IMG/VR virus record: IMGVR_UViG_2585427793_000010
Direction: 5' to 3' (one strand)
DNA: 9,651 nt
Source of the DNA: a virus
Taxonomy: Duplodnaviria > Heunggongvirae > Uroviricota > Caudoviricetes
Within the stretch, counting starts at the first letter, position 1, and the number at the start of each line of letters is the position of its first letter. The position numbers were made by a program, and so were the translations under genes. The notes under the pieces were generated by a model. The model had not been told where the DNA came from. It was given only the letters and a program-made list of their open reading frames with translations, and ran no database searches. Positions 1-8,031 of the stretch are shown piece after piece.

Positions 1-1158
1 ATGCTCACCGTTAAGCAGATTGAAGCAGCAAAGCCGAAAGAAAAACCATACCGCCTTCTCGATGGTAATGGCCTGTACCTTTATGTCCCTGTGTCAGGGA
101 AAAAGGTATGGCAGCTTCGCTACAAGATTGACGGTAAGGAGAAAATCCTGACCGTCGGAAAATATCCGCTTATGACTTTGCAGGAGGCAAGGGATAAAGC
201 ATGGACTGCGAGGAAAGACATCTCAGTTGGCATCGATCCTGTAAAGGCGAAAAAGGCTTCGTCTAACAACAATTCCTTTAGTGCGATTTACAAGGAATGG
301 TACGAGCACAAGAAGCAAGTATGGTCAGTAGGGTATGCAACTGAACTTGCCAAAATGTTTGACGACGACATTTTACCTATCATTGGCGGCCTTGAAATTC
401 AGGATATTGAGCCGATGCAACTGCTGGAAGTAATCCGCAGGTTTGAAGATCGCGGTGCAATGGAACGAGCCAACAAAGCACGCAGAAGATGCGGCGAGGT
501 TTTCCGTTACGCTATTGTCACCGGAAGGGCTAAATATAACCCGGCACCTGACCTTGCTGACGCCATGAAGGGATACCGCAAGAAGAACTTCCCGTTTCTT
601 CCTGCAGACCAGATCCCGGCATTCAACAAAGCACTGGCAACATTTTCAGGAAGTATCGTATCGCTCATTGCGACCAAAGTTTTACGCTACACAGCCCTAA
701 GAACGAAAGAGCTTCGTTCCATGCTATGGAAGAACGTCGATTTTGAAAATAGGATTATCACCATCGACGCCAGTGTGATGAAAGGACGCAAAATTCATGT
801 GGTTCCTATGTCAGACCAGGTAGTTGAACTTCTCACTACGCTAAGCTCCATCACCAAACCAGTCTCAGAGTTTGTTTTTGCCGGGCGCAACGATAAGAAG
901 AAGCCAATCTGCGAGAACGCGGTACTGCTTGTGATCAAACAAATCGGCTATGAGGGTCTGGAAAGCGGTCACGGATTCAGGCATGAATTCAGCACGATTA
1001 TGAACGAGCACGAATGGCCTGCTGACGCTATTGAAGTGCAACTGGCACATGCAAACGGCGGATCTGTGCGTGGGATTTACAACCATGCTCAGTATCTCGA
1101 TAAACGCAGAGAAATGATGCAATGGTGGGCGGACTGGCTTGATGAGAAGGGGGAGTGA
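1..1158 (+). CDS. intS: Prophage integrase, P4-type tyrosine recombinase
   Basis: 385-aa ORF. N-terminal arm-binding-like region (MLTVKQIEAAKPKEKPYRLLDGNGLYLYV). C-terminal catalytic signature candidates: R in TALRTKELRS, HxxR in GHGFRHEF, and Y in GIYNHAQYLDKRRE. Confidence 0.95.
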   Translation: MLTVKQIEAAKPKEKPYRLLDGNGLYLYVPVSGKKVWQLRYKIDGKEKILTVGKYPLMTLQEARDKAWTARKDISVGIDPVKAKKASSNNNSFSAIYKEWYEHKKQVWSVGYATELAKMFDDDILPIIGGLEIQDIEPMQLLEVIRRFEDRGAMERANKARRRCGEVFRYAIVTGRAKYNPAPDLADAMKGYRKKNFPFLPADQIPAFNKALATFSGSIVSLIATKVLRYTALRTKELRSMLWKNVDFENRIITIDASVMKGRKIHVVPMSDQVVELLTTLSSITKPVSEFVFAGRNDKKKPICENAVLLVIKQIGYEGLESGHGFRHEFSTIMNEHEWPADAIEVQLAHANGGSVRGIYNHAQYLDKRREMMQWWADWLDEKGE

Positions 1159-1310
1159 GCGACCTTAACAACTATCGAATAGCACAAAGTCTTGCAATCC
1201 AGTGCAAAGCTTTGTGTGTATAAGTTTTGTCTCATCAACCACAGCAAGTATCGATCGATTAAGACTTGGATGATAGACTTCATTCCTTTGATTATTAGCT
1301 GATAGAAGAA
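1159..1310 (+). promoter_or_regulatory. Upstream regulatory region of the gtr operon; promoter not resolved
   Basis: 152-bp intergenic region. Contains inverted repeat TTGCA-N7-TGCAA (1192-1208), a TATAAG -10-like hexamer (1219-1224) and the 10-bp palindrome ATCGATCGAT (1250-1259) carrying the only GATC. No well-spaced -35/-10 pair found by eye. Confidence 0.3.
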
Positions 1311-1673
1311 ATGTTAAAGCTATTTGCAAAGTACACCTCTATTGGTGTGCTGAACACCCTTATACACTGGGTGGTTTTTGGTGTTTGTATCTATGTCGCG
1401 CATACAAACCAAGCTCTTGCAAACTTCGCAGGTTTCGTTGTGGCTGTGAGCTTTAGCTTCTTCGCGAATGCAAAATTCACATTCAAGGCATCGACTACAA
1501 CGATGCGCTACATGCTATATGTTGGGTTCATGGGGACACTGAGTGCTACTGTTGGATGGGCTGCTGATAGATGCGCACTTCCCCCGATGATAACTCTTGT
1601 CACCTTCTCCGCCATCAGCCTGGTGTGCGGTTTCGTCTATTCAAAGTTCATTGTCTTTAGGGATGCGAAATGA
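1311..1673 (+). CDS. gtrA: GtrA-family small membrane protein, bactoprenol-linked glucose flippase
   Basis: 120-aa hydrophobic ORF, first of a gtrA-gtrB-gtr(type) triad; its stop overlaps the next start (ATGA at 1670-1673). Synonym yfdG in K-12. Confidence 0.9.
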   Translation: MLKLFAKYTSIGVLNTLIHWVVFGVCIYVAHTNQALANFAGFVVAVSFSFFANAKFTFKASTTTMRYMLYVGFMGTLSATVGWAADRCALPPMITLVTFSAISLVCGFVYSKFIVFRDAK

Positions 1674-2590
1674 AGATATCTCTTGTAGTTCCTGTCTTCA
1701 ATGAAGAAGAAGCGATACCAATTTTTTATAAAACGGTACGTGAATTCGAAGAATTGAAGTCATATGAAGTGGAAATCGTTTTCATAAATGACGGCAGCAA
1801 AGACGCTACGGAGTCAATCATTAATGCTCTGGCTGTTTCAGATCCTCTAGTTGTTCCGCTGTCATTTACACGCAACTTTGGTAAAGAACCAGCATTGTTT
1901 GCAGGGTTAGACCATGCAACCGGGGATGCGATAATCCCAATTGATGTTGACCTGCAAGACCCGATTGAGGTTATTCCTCATCTTATTGAAAAATGGCAAG
2001 CAGGTGCTGATATGGTTCTTGCTAAAAGATCTGACCGCTCAACTGATGGACGCCTGAAGCGAAAAACGGCTGAGTGGTTCTATAAGCTCCACAATAAAAT
2101 AAGCAATCCTAAAATTGAAGAGAATGTTGGTGATTTCAGGCTGATGAGCCGTGATGTTGTCGAAAATATTAAACTTATGCCAGAACGAAACCTTTTCATG
2201 AAAGGTATTCTGAGCTGGGTAGGAGGAAAGACAGATATTGTTGAATACGTGCGAGCGGAAAGAATTGCTGGAGATACAAAATTTAATGGATGGAAACTTT
2301 GGAATTTAGCACTTGAGGGTATTACAAGCTTTTCCACATTCCCTCTTCGCATCTGGACATACATAGGGTTAGTGGTAGCCAGTGTAGCATTTATTTATGG
2401 GGCGTGGATGATTTTAGATACTATCATATTTGGAAATGCTGTTAGGGGATATCCTTCACTACTTGTTTCAATACTGTTTTTAGGTGGAATTCAGATGATT
2501 GGAATAGGAGTATTAGGTGAATATATTGGACGCACATACATTGAAACCAAAAAACGCCCGAAATACATCATCAAGAGAGTCAAAAAATGA
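1670..2590 (+). CDS. gtrB: Bactoprenol glucosyltransferase, GT2 family
   Basis: 306-aa ORF. N-terminal GT2 signature ([25 protein letters not shown] as DxD) and C-terminal hydrophobic segments. ATGA overlap with gtrA upstream and with the next gene at 2587-2590. Synonym yfdH. Confidence 0.93.
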   Translation: MKISLVVPVFNEEEAIPIFYKTVREFEELKSYEVEIVFINDGSKDATESIINALAVSDPLVVPLSFTRNFGKEPALFAGLDHATGDAIIPIDVDLQDPIEVIPHLIEKWQAGADMVLAKRSDRSTDGRLKRKTAEWFYKLHNKISNPKIEENVGDFRLMSRDVVENIKLMPERNLFMKGILSWVGGKTDIVEYVRAERIAGDTKFNGWKLWNLALEGITSFSTFPLRIWTYIGLVVASVAFIYGAWMILDTIIFGNAVRGYPSLLVSILFLGGIQMIGIGVLGEYIGRTYIETKKRPKYIIKRVKK

Positions 2591-3918
2591 ATAAAGCAAT
2601 AAAAGTATCATTGTATATATCTTTTGTTTTGATTATTTGCGCCTTATCTAAAAACATAATGATGTTAAATACATCTGATTTCGGAAGAGCCATTAAGCCA
2701 TTAATTGAAGACATACCAGCATTTACATATGACTTACCTTTATTGTATAAATTGAAAGGTCATATTGATTCAATTGATAGCTATGAGTATATAAGTTCAT
2801 ATAGTTATATTTTGTATACATACGTCCTGTTTATTAGCATTTTTACTGAATATCTTGATGCTAGGGTGTTATCGTTATTTCTAAAAGTAATATATATTTA
2901 TTCATTATATGCGATATTTACTTCATATATAAAAACAGAAAGGTATGTAACTTTATTTACATTCTTTATTTTAGCTTTTCTTATGTGTTCTTCATCAACA
3001 CTGTCAATGTTTGCATCATTCTATCAAGAGCAAATAGTTATAATTTTCCTTCCATTTTTGGTGTATTCATTAACATGCAAAAACAATAAATCTATGCTTT
3101 TGCTATTTTTTTCGTTGCTAATAATATCTACTGCTAAAAATCAATTTATATTAACCCCACTAATAGTGTATTCATATTATATTTTTTTTGATAGACACAA
3201 ACTAATTATTAAATCTGTAATATGCGTGGTGTGCTTGCTTGCGTCAATATTTGCAATATCTTATTCAAAAGGTGTTGTTGAATTAAATAAGTACCATGCA
3301 ACATACTTCGGTAGTTATCTTTATATGAAAAACAACGGGTATAAAATGCCATCGTATGTTGATGATAAGTGTGTTGGGTTAGATGCCTGGGGTAATAAAT
3401 TCGACATATCATTTGGCGCAACCCCAACAGAAGTTGGAACGGAATGTTTCGAATCTCATAAAGATGAAACGTTTTCGAATGCACTCTTTTTATTGGTTAG
3501 CAAACCAAGCACCATCTTCAAACTTCCATTTGATGATGGTGTGATGTCTCAGTATAAAGAAAATTATTTCCATGTATATAAAAAACTACACGTAATATAT
3601 GGAGAATCAAACATACTAACGACTATTACTAACATAAAAGACAATATATTTAAAAACATTAGATTTATATCATTGTTATTATTTTTTATTGCTTCTATTT
3701 TTATTAGAAATAATAAAATAAAGGCATCTTTATTTGTAGTATCTCTTTTTGGAATATCTCAATTTTATGTGTCATTTTTCGGGGAAGGATATAGAGATTT
3801 AAGCAAGCATTTATTTGGAATGTATTTTTCGTTCGACCTTTGCTTATACATAACAGTCGTTTTTTTAATTTATAAAATAATTCAAAGAAATCAAGACAAT
3901 AGCGATGTAAAGCACTAA
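2587..3918 (+). CDS. gtrS: Serotype-specific O-antigen glucosyltransferase, polytopic membrane protein
   Basis: 443-aa highly hydrophobic ORF in the third position of the gtr triad. Markedly AT-rich (about 28-30% GC by eye) compared with gtrA and gtrB, typical of horizontally acquired type-specific gtr genes. Synonym yfdI. Confidence 0.85.
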   Translation: MNKAIKVSLYISFVLIICALSKNIMMLNTSDFGRAIKPLIEDIPAFTYDLPLLYKLKGHIDSIDSYEYISSYSYILYTYVLFISIFTEYLDARVLSLFLKVIYIYSLYAIFTSYIKTERYVTLFTFFILAFLMCSSSTLSMFASFYQEQIVIIFLPFLVYSLTCKNNKSMLLLFFSLLIISTAKNQFILTPLIVYSYYIFFDRHKLIIKSVICVVCLLASIFAISYSKGVVELNKYHATYFGSYLYMKNNGYKMPSYVDDKCVGLDAWGNKFDISFGATPTEVGTECFESHKDETFSNALFLLVSKPSTIFKLPFDDGVMSQYKENYFHVYKKLHVIYGESNILTTITNIKDNIFKNIRFISLLLFFIASIFIRNNKIKASLFVVSLFGISQFYVSFFGEGYRDLSKHLFGMYFSFDLCLYITVVFLIYKIIQRNQDNSDVKH

Positions 3919-3926
3919 GTTTAAAT

Positions 3927-3948
3927 TGCGCGCCAATCATGGCGCGCA
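3927..3948. terminator. GC-rich hairpin between the convergent gtrS and tail-fibre-fragment ORFs; possible bidirectional terminator
   Basis: Perfect 8-bp stem TGCGCGCC / GGCGCGCA with 6-nt loop AATCAT, 9 nt after the gtrS stop and 5 nt beyond the stop of the minus-strand ORF ending at 3953. No strong U-tract on either side, hence low confidence. Confidence 0.3.
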
Positions 3949-3952
3949 CAAG

Positions 3953-4282
3953 CTATAATACCAACCTAATTTCTCCTCCTCTTAGAGTGACTATATCTCC
4001 TGATAGAATTGCGGTATTGACTATCAAATGCCCTGATTCGTTGTTTATTGTAATATCTCCTCTATCTGCAGACGATAACTTAAATGCATCATTGCCCACA
4101 ACAAACCCCCTCCAGAACCAAGTGCTGATATTATCATCAACAGTGATAGATACATATACTAACTGATTATCGTTATAAGTGATTCCTGTCTTATACTTAA
4201 CATAAGGACTTCCACTTTGATTCTCGATAGACACATAACATCCAGGGGTTATGTTTGTATGCGTCCCGCGACTATCGCCCCA
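3953..4282 (-). pseudogene. Tail-fibre-like C-terminal fragment, AT-rich and N-terminally truncated
   Basis: The minus-strand frame is open for about 109 codons (stop on the plus strand at 4283-4285) in about 35% GC DNA, where stop-free runs are improbable. Product is beta-rich and N/G/S/T-rich (…ITINNESGHLIVNTAILSGDIVTLRGGEIRLVL), as in fibre tip domains. GTG start at 4234 has no good RBS. Family assignment is inference. Confidence 0.3.
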
Positions 4283-4561
4283 TTAACGCCATACGATAAA
4301 TGGGATGGTGAGAAATGGGTGACGGATACCGAGGCACAGCATAGCGTCGCAGTAGATGCAGCAGAAGCACAGCGCCAGTCGCTGATTGATACTGCAATGG
4401 CTTCCATTAGTCTGATTCAACTGAAATTACAGGCTGGGCGGAAGCTGATGCAGGCAGAGACCTCCCGACTTAACACTGTGCTGGATTACATTGACGCGGT
4501 GACGGCAACAGATACCAGCACCGCGCCGGATGTCATCTGGCCTGAACTGCCGGAGGAGTAG
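4217..4561 (+). pseudogene. tfaS: Tail fibre assembly protein fragment, N-terminally truncated
   Basis: C-terminal two-thirds of a lambda-Tfa-like protein (…YDKWDGEKWVTDTEA…TDTSTAPDVIWPELPEE). ORF begins at TTG 4217 with an internal ATG at 4259; Tfa-like sequence starts only at about 4262, coinciding with the GC-content breakpoint. Confidence 0.7.
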
Positions 4562-4973
4562 GCCATTCAATATCTGGCGCACTGGAAGTATCGACCAGCT
4601 CCAGTGCGTCCAGATAATCCAGCCACAAATTATATTGCGCCAGTTCCTCACCTTTCAGACGACCAATAGCCGCTTTACCAGCCCATTGTTTACTGTTCAT
4701 ATAATCGTTGGCCTGATTAATCAATTGCTGCTTTTTCAGTTCGGCTGCAGCAATCTGTTCCTCATGTGTTGGTGGTGGAATTTCAGACCATGCAGGAAAA
4801 CCATTTTCTCCAGCGATACGGATTTTTCCTTTCGGCGGTAATCCGGAAAACTCAATATACACTTGCTCATCAACTTCAACAGCATCATCTGGCCATGAGC
4901 CAGCTTGCGTGTAATCCTCTTTCATCTCCAAGGGATAGAAAGAGTTTGTAGTCGCGGAATATATGTAATTCAT
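4533..4973 (-). CDS. yfdK: Tail fibre assembly protein (Tfa family), full length
   Basis: 146-aa ORF with Tfa-type C-terminus (…VDTSSAPDIEWPTPPAVQAR). GGAG RBS 6 nt upstream of the ATG at 4973. Its 3' end overlaps the tfaS 3' end tail-to-tail by 29 bp. Confidence 0.85.
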   Translation of the reverse strand: MNYIYSATTNSFYPLEMKEDYTQAGSWPDDAVEVDEQVYIEFSGLPPKGKIRIAGENGFPAWSEIPPPTHEEQIAAAELKKQQLINQANDYMNSKQWAGKAAIGRLKGEELAQYNLWLDYLDALELVDTSSAPDIEWPTPPAVQAR

Positions 4974-4999
4974 TTTTCACTCCATAAAGTTAAAAGAAA

Positions 5000-5641
5000 T
5001 TAATACCCTAATGCGAAAAATGAAGCACCGATACCGGGTACGCCTGCTCTGGAAATAAATTTCACCGGGTCCTGGTTATAACCGGCACAAGCTATATAGC
5101 CAACATTTGCACTGCCGGGAGTGTAATCCTGAGTCGCAAATACCCGCAGACATCTATTCGGAAATGCAATCGGAAAATAGGTTACTGTGTCCTGAGACGT
5201 CAGCGGAACATCAATTGGCCCCCATTGAATAATTAAACCGGATGGCAATTTTTGATATCCAGGAACTGAAGCAGAAAGCATAAAACTACCCATATCAGGT
5301 ATCTGATTCGCCCCTGTCCCTACATTTCTTTTAGCCGCTTCTCCCAAACCAAGGTTTTCGAGAGCCTTTTGCACCGTGCCGTCCAATTTGATATCGCCAA
5401 ACGGATTCTTGCGGCTTAACAGCAGCGCACGAAGCGCGGTAAGCAGCTGGTCATGCCGCCCCTTCTCCAGGCTGGCACCGGAGGCCTCCACAACGCTGCA
5501 AAGCTCCTCCTGCAACATGTCAAAGTAGTCATCATCCAGATCGGTGGCAGGCGTGCCGGTCTGGGGGTTACCACGGGTAAAACCGTTCTTACCCGCGCCG
5601 AACTTATCCTTCTGCGCGGTTTTCGTGTCTATACGATGCAT
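5000..5641 (-). CDS. yfdL: Tail fibre protein, short or rearranged
   Basis: 213-aa ORF immediately upstream of yfdK on the same strand (fibre then tfa order). The ATG at 5641 is preceded by GGAG with a 6-nt spacer, supporting the long form over the internal Met-42 start (172 aa). Fibre-like C-terminal region (…[19 protein letters not shown]…). Confidence 0.65.
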
Positions 5642-5644
5642 GGA

Positions 5645-5845
5645 TTACTCCGGATATTTAAAAATTACGTAGGTATGCGACGGGCAGAGTTTGTTAAGCA
5701 CACACTCGACAACGGTGTCACCCCAGATACGCAGTGCGGAATCACAGGGATCGCCACATGTCATCCAGGTGGTGTTGGCGGCGGCTGGCATGTTGACCTG
5801 CCAGTAATACCGCCATTCCGGCGCATTCACAGCGTCAGTAGGCAC
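5645..5845 (-). CDS. Hypothetical small protein upstream of and coupled to yfdL; possibly a gene fragment
   Basis: 66-codon ORF with GTG start. Its TAA stop lies 3 nt before the yfdL ATG, and the yfdL RBS (GGAG) sits in its last codons. No recognisable motifs. An in-frame stop lies immediately upstream, so it cannot be longer. Confidence 0.35.
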   Translation of the reverse strand: MPTDAVNAPEWRYYWQVNMPAAANTTWMTCGDPCDSALRIWGDTVVECVLNKLCPSHTYVIFKYPE

Positions 5846-5847
5846 TC

Positions 5848-6144
5848 ATGTTAAAGCAGGTGTATGAAATGAAAGTCCAGATTTTAAACAATAACTGTGA
5901 AGTCGTTTGGTCATACGACATAGCCGCCCCTGTAGATCAGAGCGGCGATAGCTGGACCAATGGGAAACATCAGATTATGGCTGGAGTTGTGTTCTCTTTA
6001 CGCCGTGCTTTGGAACAGGCTGAAGTATTTCCATCAGACCCTGAATGGAAATGGCCTTTTTCTATTTGTCCAAATTCGGAGAGCACATTTCAGAAAATTG
6101 GTCAGAAAGTCGCACTCGAAGAGCATCAGCCAACTGTTTCCTGA
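5848..6144 (+). CDS. Hypothetical ORF; questionable
   Basis: 98 codons from ATG 5848 (alternative ATG at 5869 with AGGTG 9 nt upstream). No long minus-strand frame exists across 5846-6061. Its 3' end overlaps the convergent 81-codon ORF by 83 bp, so at most one of the pair is probably fully genuine. Confidence 0.2.
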   Translation: MLKQVYEMKVQILNNNCEVVWSYDIAAPVDQSGDSWTNGKHQIMAGVVFSLRRALEQAEVFPSDPEWKWPFSICPNSESTFQKIGQKVALEEHQPTVS

Positions 6145-6307
6145 TTTTTTCAGGTAACTCGTCGGCATCGCAGAAACAACAACGCTCGATCATGTTGAAA
6201 GCCGATTCGTAGAACTGTTTCTGCTGAGTGTCGCTGAGACAGGAAAAGAGCGACGTTACGATGATTTTATTAATTGCATTATCAAGTTCTTTTTCATCAA
6301 AAGTCAT
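6062..6307 (-). CDS. Hypothetical 81-aa protein with a Cys cluster, first gene of the leftward unit
   Basis: ATG at 6307 preceded by AAGGAA RBS (6-nt spacer) and an in-frame TAA four codons further upstream, so the ORF is complete. Product MTFDEKELDNAINK…ERCCFCDADELPEK…; no HTH recognisable. Transcribed divergently from the yfdP operon. Confidence 0.5.
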   Translation of the reverse strand: MTFDEKELDNAINKIIVTSLFSCLSDTQQKQFYESAFNMIERCCFCDADELPEKIRKQLADALRVRLSDQFSEMCSPNLDK

Positions 6308-6560
6308 TTGATTTTCCTTTTATGTATACGGGCTTAAAAGGATACCACCGAGCCTGAAGTGGTGAAAAGACAGGCACATAACAGCTAAGTATTTTCAACC
6401 AAAGAGAATCCTTAGCGTTGTGGTGAATGCGGCTCAGCGCACGCGGGTTAAGGTTGAGGCTGACAGTCGACCTTCTGTGGATACCCACCCGTCTGGTGTG
6501 CAACCTTCGCCAGGCACCGGGAGGCACCCGGCACCACAACTTTATGCTGTGTGTAGTCCT

Positions 6561-6607
6561 GGCGGTACCAGTTTGTGCCCTTGCTTCCGGCTGGTACCGT
6601 CCTTTTT
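6561..6607 (+). terminator. Terminator-like hairpin with T5 tract inside the GC-rich intergenic region
   Basis: Arms CGGTACCAG (6563-6571) and CTGGTACCG (6591-6599), extendable to 11 bp with one G-U pair, followed by TCC then TTTTT (6603-6607). The 19-nt loop lowers confidence. Confidence 0.25.
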
Positions 6608-6744
6608 ACAAAACAGAGAAGAGCATCACCGGACGACGGGCTCATAACCCAATCCATCCGGGCGGCTGCCACCGCAGGTGTTCTTCTCTGTTTTGTGGAG
6701 AAACTAATCGGCCTTGCAGCGTCGATATGATGAGGAGCAGCAAA

Positions 6745-7107
6745 ATGGCTAGCGAACGCAGTACTGATGTGCAGGCATTTATCGGGGAGCTGGACGGCGG
6801 CGTATTTGAAACCAAAATCGGCGCAGTTCTCAGTGAAGTCGCTTCCGGTGTGATGAACACGAAAACCAAAGGTAAGGTCTCACTCAACCTGGAAATCGAA
6901 CCATTTGATGAGAACCGTCTGAAAATCAAACACAAACTCTCATATGTTCGCCCGACTAACCGTGGGAAAATTTCCGAAGAAGACACCACCGAAACGCCGA
7001 TGTATGTCAATCGCGGTGGTCGCCTGACTATTCTGCAGGAAGACCAGGGACAATTACTGACTCTTGCCGGTGAGCCTGACGGAAAACTCCGCGCAGCAGG
7101 TCATTAA
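6745..7107 (+). CDS. yfdP: Conserved prophage protein of unknown function, first gene of the rightward operon
   Basis: 120-aa product from ATG 6745, preceded by GAGGAG (6732-6737) with a 7-nt spacer. The 106 in-frame codons upstream (from 6427) are Arg/Cys-rich low-complexity read-through of GC-rich DNA and are judged non-coding. Confidence 0.8.
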   Translation: MASERSTDVQAFIGELDGGVFETKIGAVLSEVASGVMNTKTKGKVSLNLEIEPFDENRLKIKHKLSYVRPTNRGKISEEDTTETPMYVNRGGRLTILQEDQGQLLTLAGEPDGKLRAAGH

Positions 7108-7172
7108 TATCATTCTTAATTAACTAATTATTTATCTCATCACTGAATATCTTAATATAGTGAGGACTTATT

Positions 7173-7997
7173 ATGTCTCAGAACTTAGACGCAACCGCAA
7201 TTAATCAAATCCATGCCCTTATTTCTGCTCAGGGTGTTAATGAAATTATCAGTAAGATTGGTGCCGATGCTGTGGCATTGCCTGAGAATTTCCGCATTCA
7301 TGATCTGGAAAAATTTAATTTAAATCGCTTCCGTTTCCGTGGTGCGCTTTCCACTGCCAGCATCGATGACTTTACCCGTTATTCTAAAGATCTTGCAGAT
7401 GAAGGCACCCGCTGCTTTATCGATGCTGATAATATGCGTGCCGTCAGTGTGCTTAACCTGGGTACTATTGATGAACCAGGTCACGCAGATAACACCGCCA
7501 CTCTCAAACTGAAAAAGACAGCACCGTTCTCTGCCCTGTTGTCTGTTAACGGCGAGCGTAACTCCCAGAAATCACTGGCAGAATGGATTGAAGACTGGGC
7601 CGACTACCTTGTGGGCTTTGATGCTAATGGTGACGCCATTCAGGCAACAAAAGCGGCTGCGGCAATCCGTAAAATCACGATTGAAGCAAACCAGACCGCT
7701 GATTTTGAAGATAATGACTTCAGCGGCAAACGCTCCCTGATGGAATCTGTCGAAGCGAAGACCAAAGACATTATGCCAGTGGCATTTGAATTTAAATGCG
7801 TTCCGTTTGAAGGTCTGAAAGAACGTCCGTTTAAATTACGCCTCAGCATTATCACTGGCGATCGTCCTGTACTGGTTCTGCGCATTATTCAGCTGGAAGC
7901 GGTGCAGGAAGATATGGCTAACGAATTTCGTGATCTGCTTGTTGAGAAATTCAAAGACAGCAAAGTAGAAACCTTTATTGGTACTTTCACCGCCTGA
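7173..7997 (+). CDS. yfdQ: Conserved prophage protein of unknown function; DUF2303-like by recollection
   Basis: 274-aa ORF with GAGGA RBS 6 nt upstream of the ATG. Acidic, soluble-looking protein with no catalytic motif recognisable by eye. Confidence 0.88.
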
Positions 7998-8009
7998 TTT
8001 CATTACTGC

Positions 8010-8031
8010 AAATGCCCCTGCGGGGGCATTT
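8010..8031 (+). terminator. Intrinsic terminator-like hairpin between yfdQ and yfdR
   Basis: AAATGCCCC-tgcg-GGGGCATTT: 9-bp stem with GC-rich core, 4-nt loop and A-tract/U-tract arms, followed by AU, 13 nt after the yfdQ stop. Short U-run, so probably partial or bidirectional. Confidence 0.45.

Noticed and set aside
865-1283. Minus-strand ORFs 865..1122 and 1089..1283
   Set aside because: Antisense to the integrase and to the gtr promoter region, with no RBS and no recognisable features.
3106-3866. T7-T8 homopolymer tracts in gtrS (3106-3112, 3182-3189, 3860-3866) as slipped-strand phase-variation switches
   Set aside because: Tracts of this length are expected in a gene of about 28% GC encoding a Phe/Leu/Ile-rich membrane protein. 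Without population-level length variation there is no basis to call them contingency loci.
2080-3949. Minus-strand ORFs 2080..2364, 3209..3484 and 3704..3949
   Set aside because: Antisense within gtrB and gtrS, whose plus-strand frames are strongly supported.
3939-4166. 75-aa plus-strand ORF in the AT-rich spacer
   Set aside because: Overlaps the longer, more protein-like minus-strand tail-fibre-like frame; probably its antisense shadow.
4427-4951. ORFs 4427..4651 (-), 4530..4841 (+) and 4766..4951 (+)
   Set aside because: Antisense or out-of-frame overlaps with tfaS and yfdK; translations are low-complexity.
5453-5854. 133-aa plus-strand ORF
   Set aside because: Entirely antisense to yfdL and the 66-codon ORF; Gly/Leu/Arg-rich shadow frame.
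6297-6672. ORFs 6297..6539 (-), 6448..6672 (-) and 6420..6647 (+) in the GC-rich intergenic region
   Set aside because: Mutually overlapping in different frames and strands, Arg/Pro/Gly-rich, with no RBS; consistent with stop-codon depletion in GC-rich sequence rather than genes. An ancient decayed gene cannot be excluded.
6427-6744. N-terminal 106 codons of the 226-aa ORF 6427..7107
   Set aside because: Arg/Cys-rich low-complexity translation of GC-rich DNA with no RBS at 6427. The ATG at 6745 has a strong GAGGAG RBS and gives the expected 120-aa product, so the extension is treated as non-coding leader.
6642-7010. 122-aa minus-strand ORF
   Set aside because: Lies antisense across the well-supported yfdP gene. 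The translation is Ser/Leu/Pro-rich and featureless; judged a shadow ORF.
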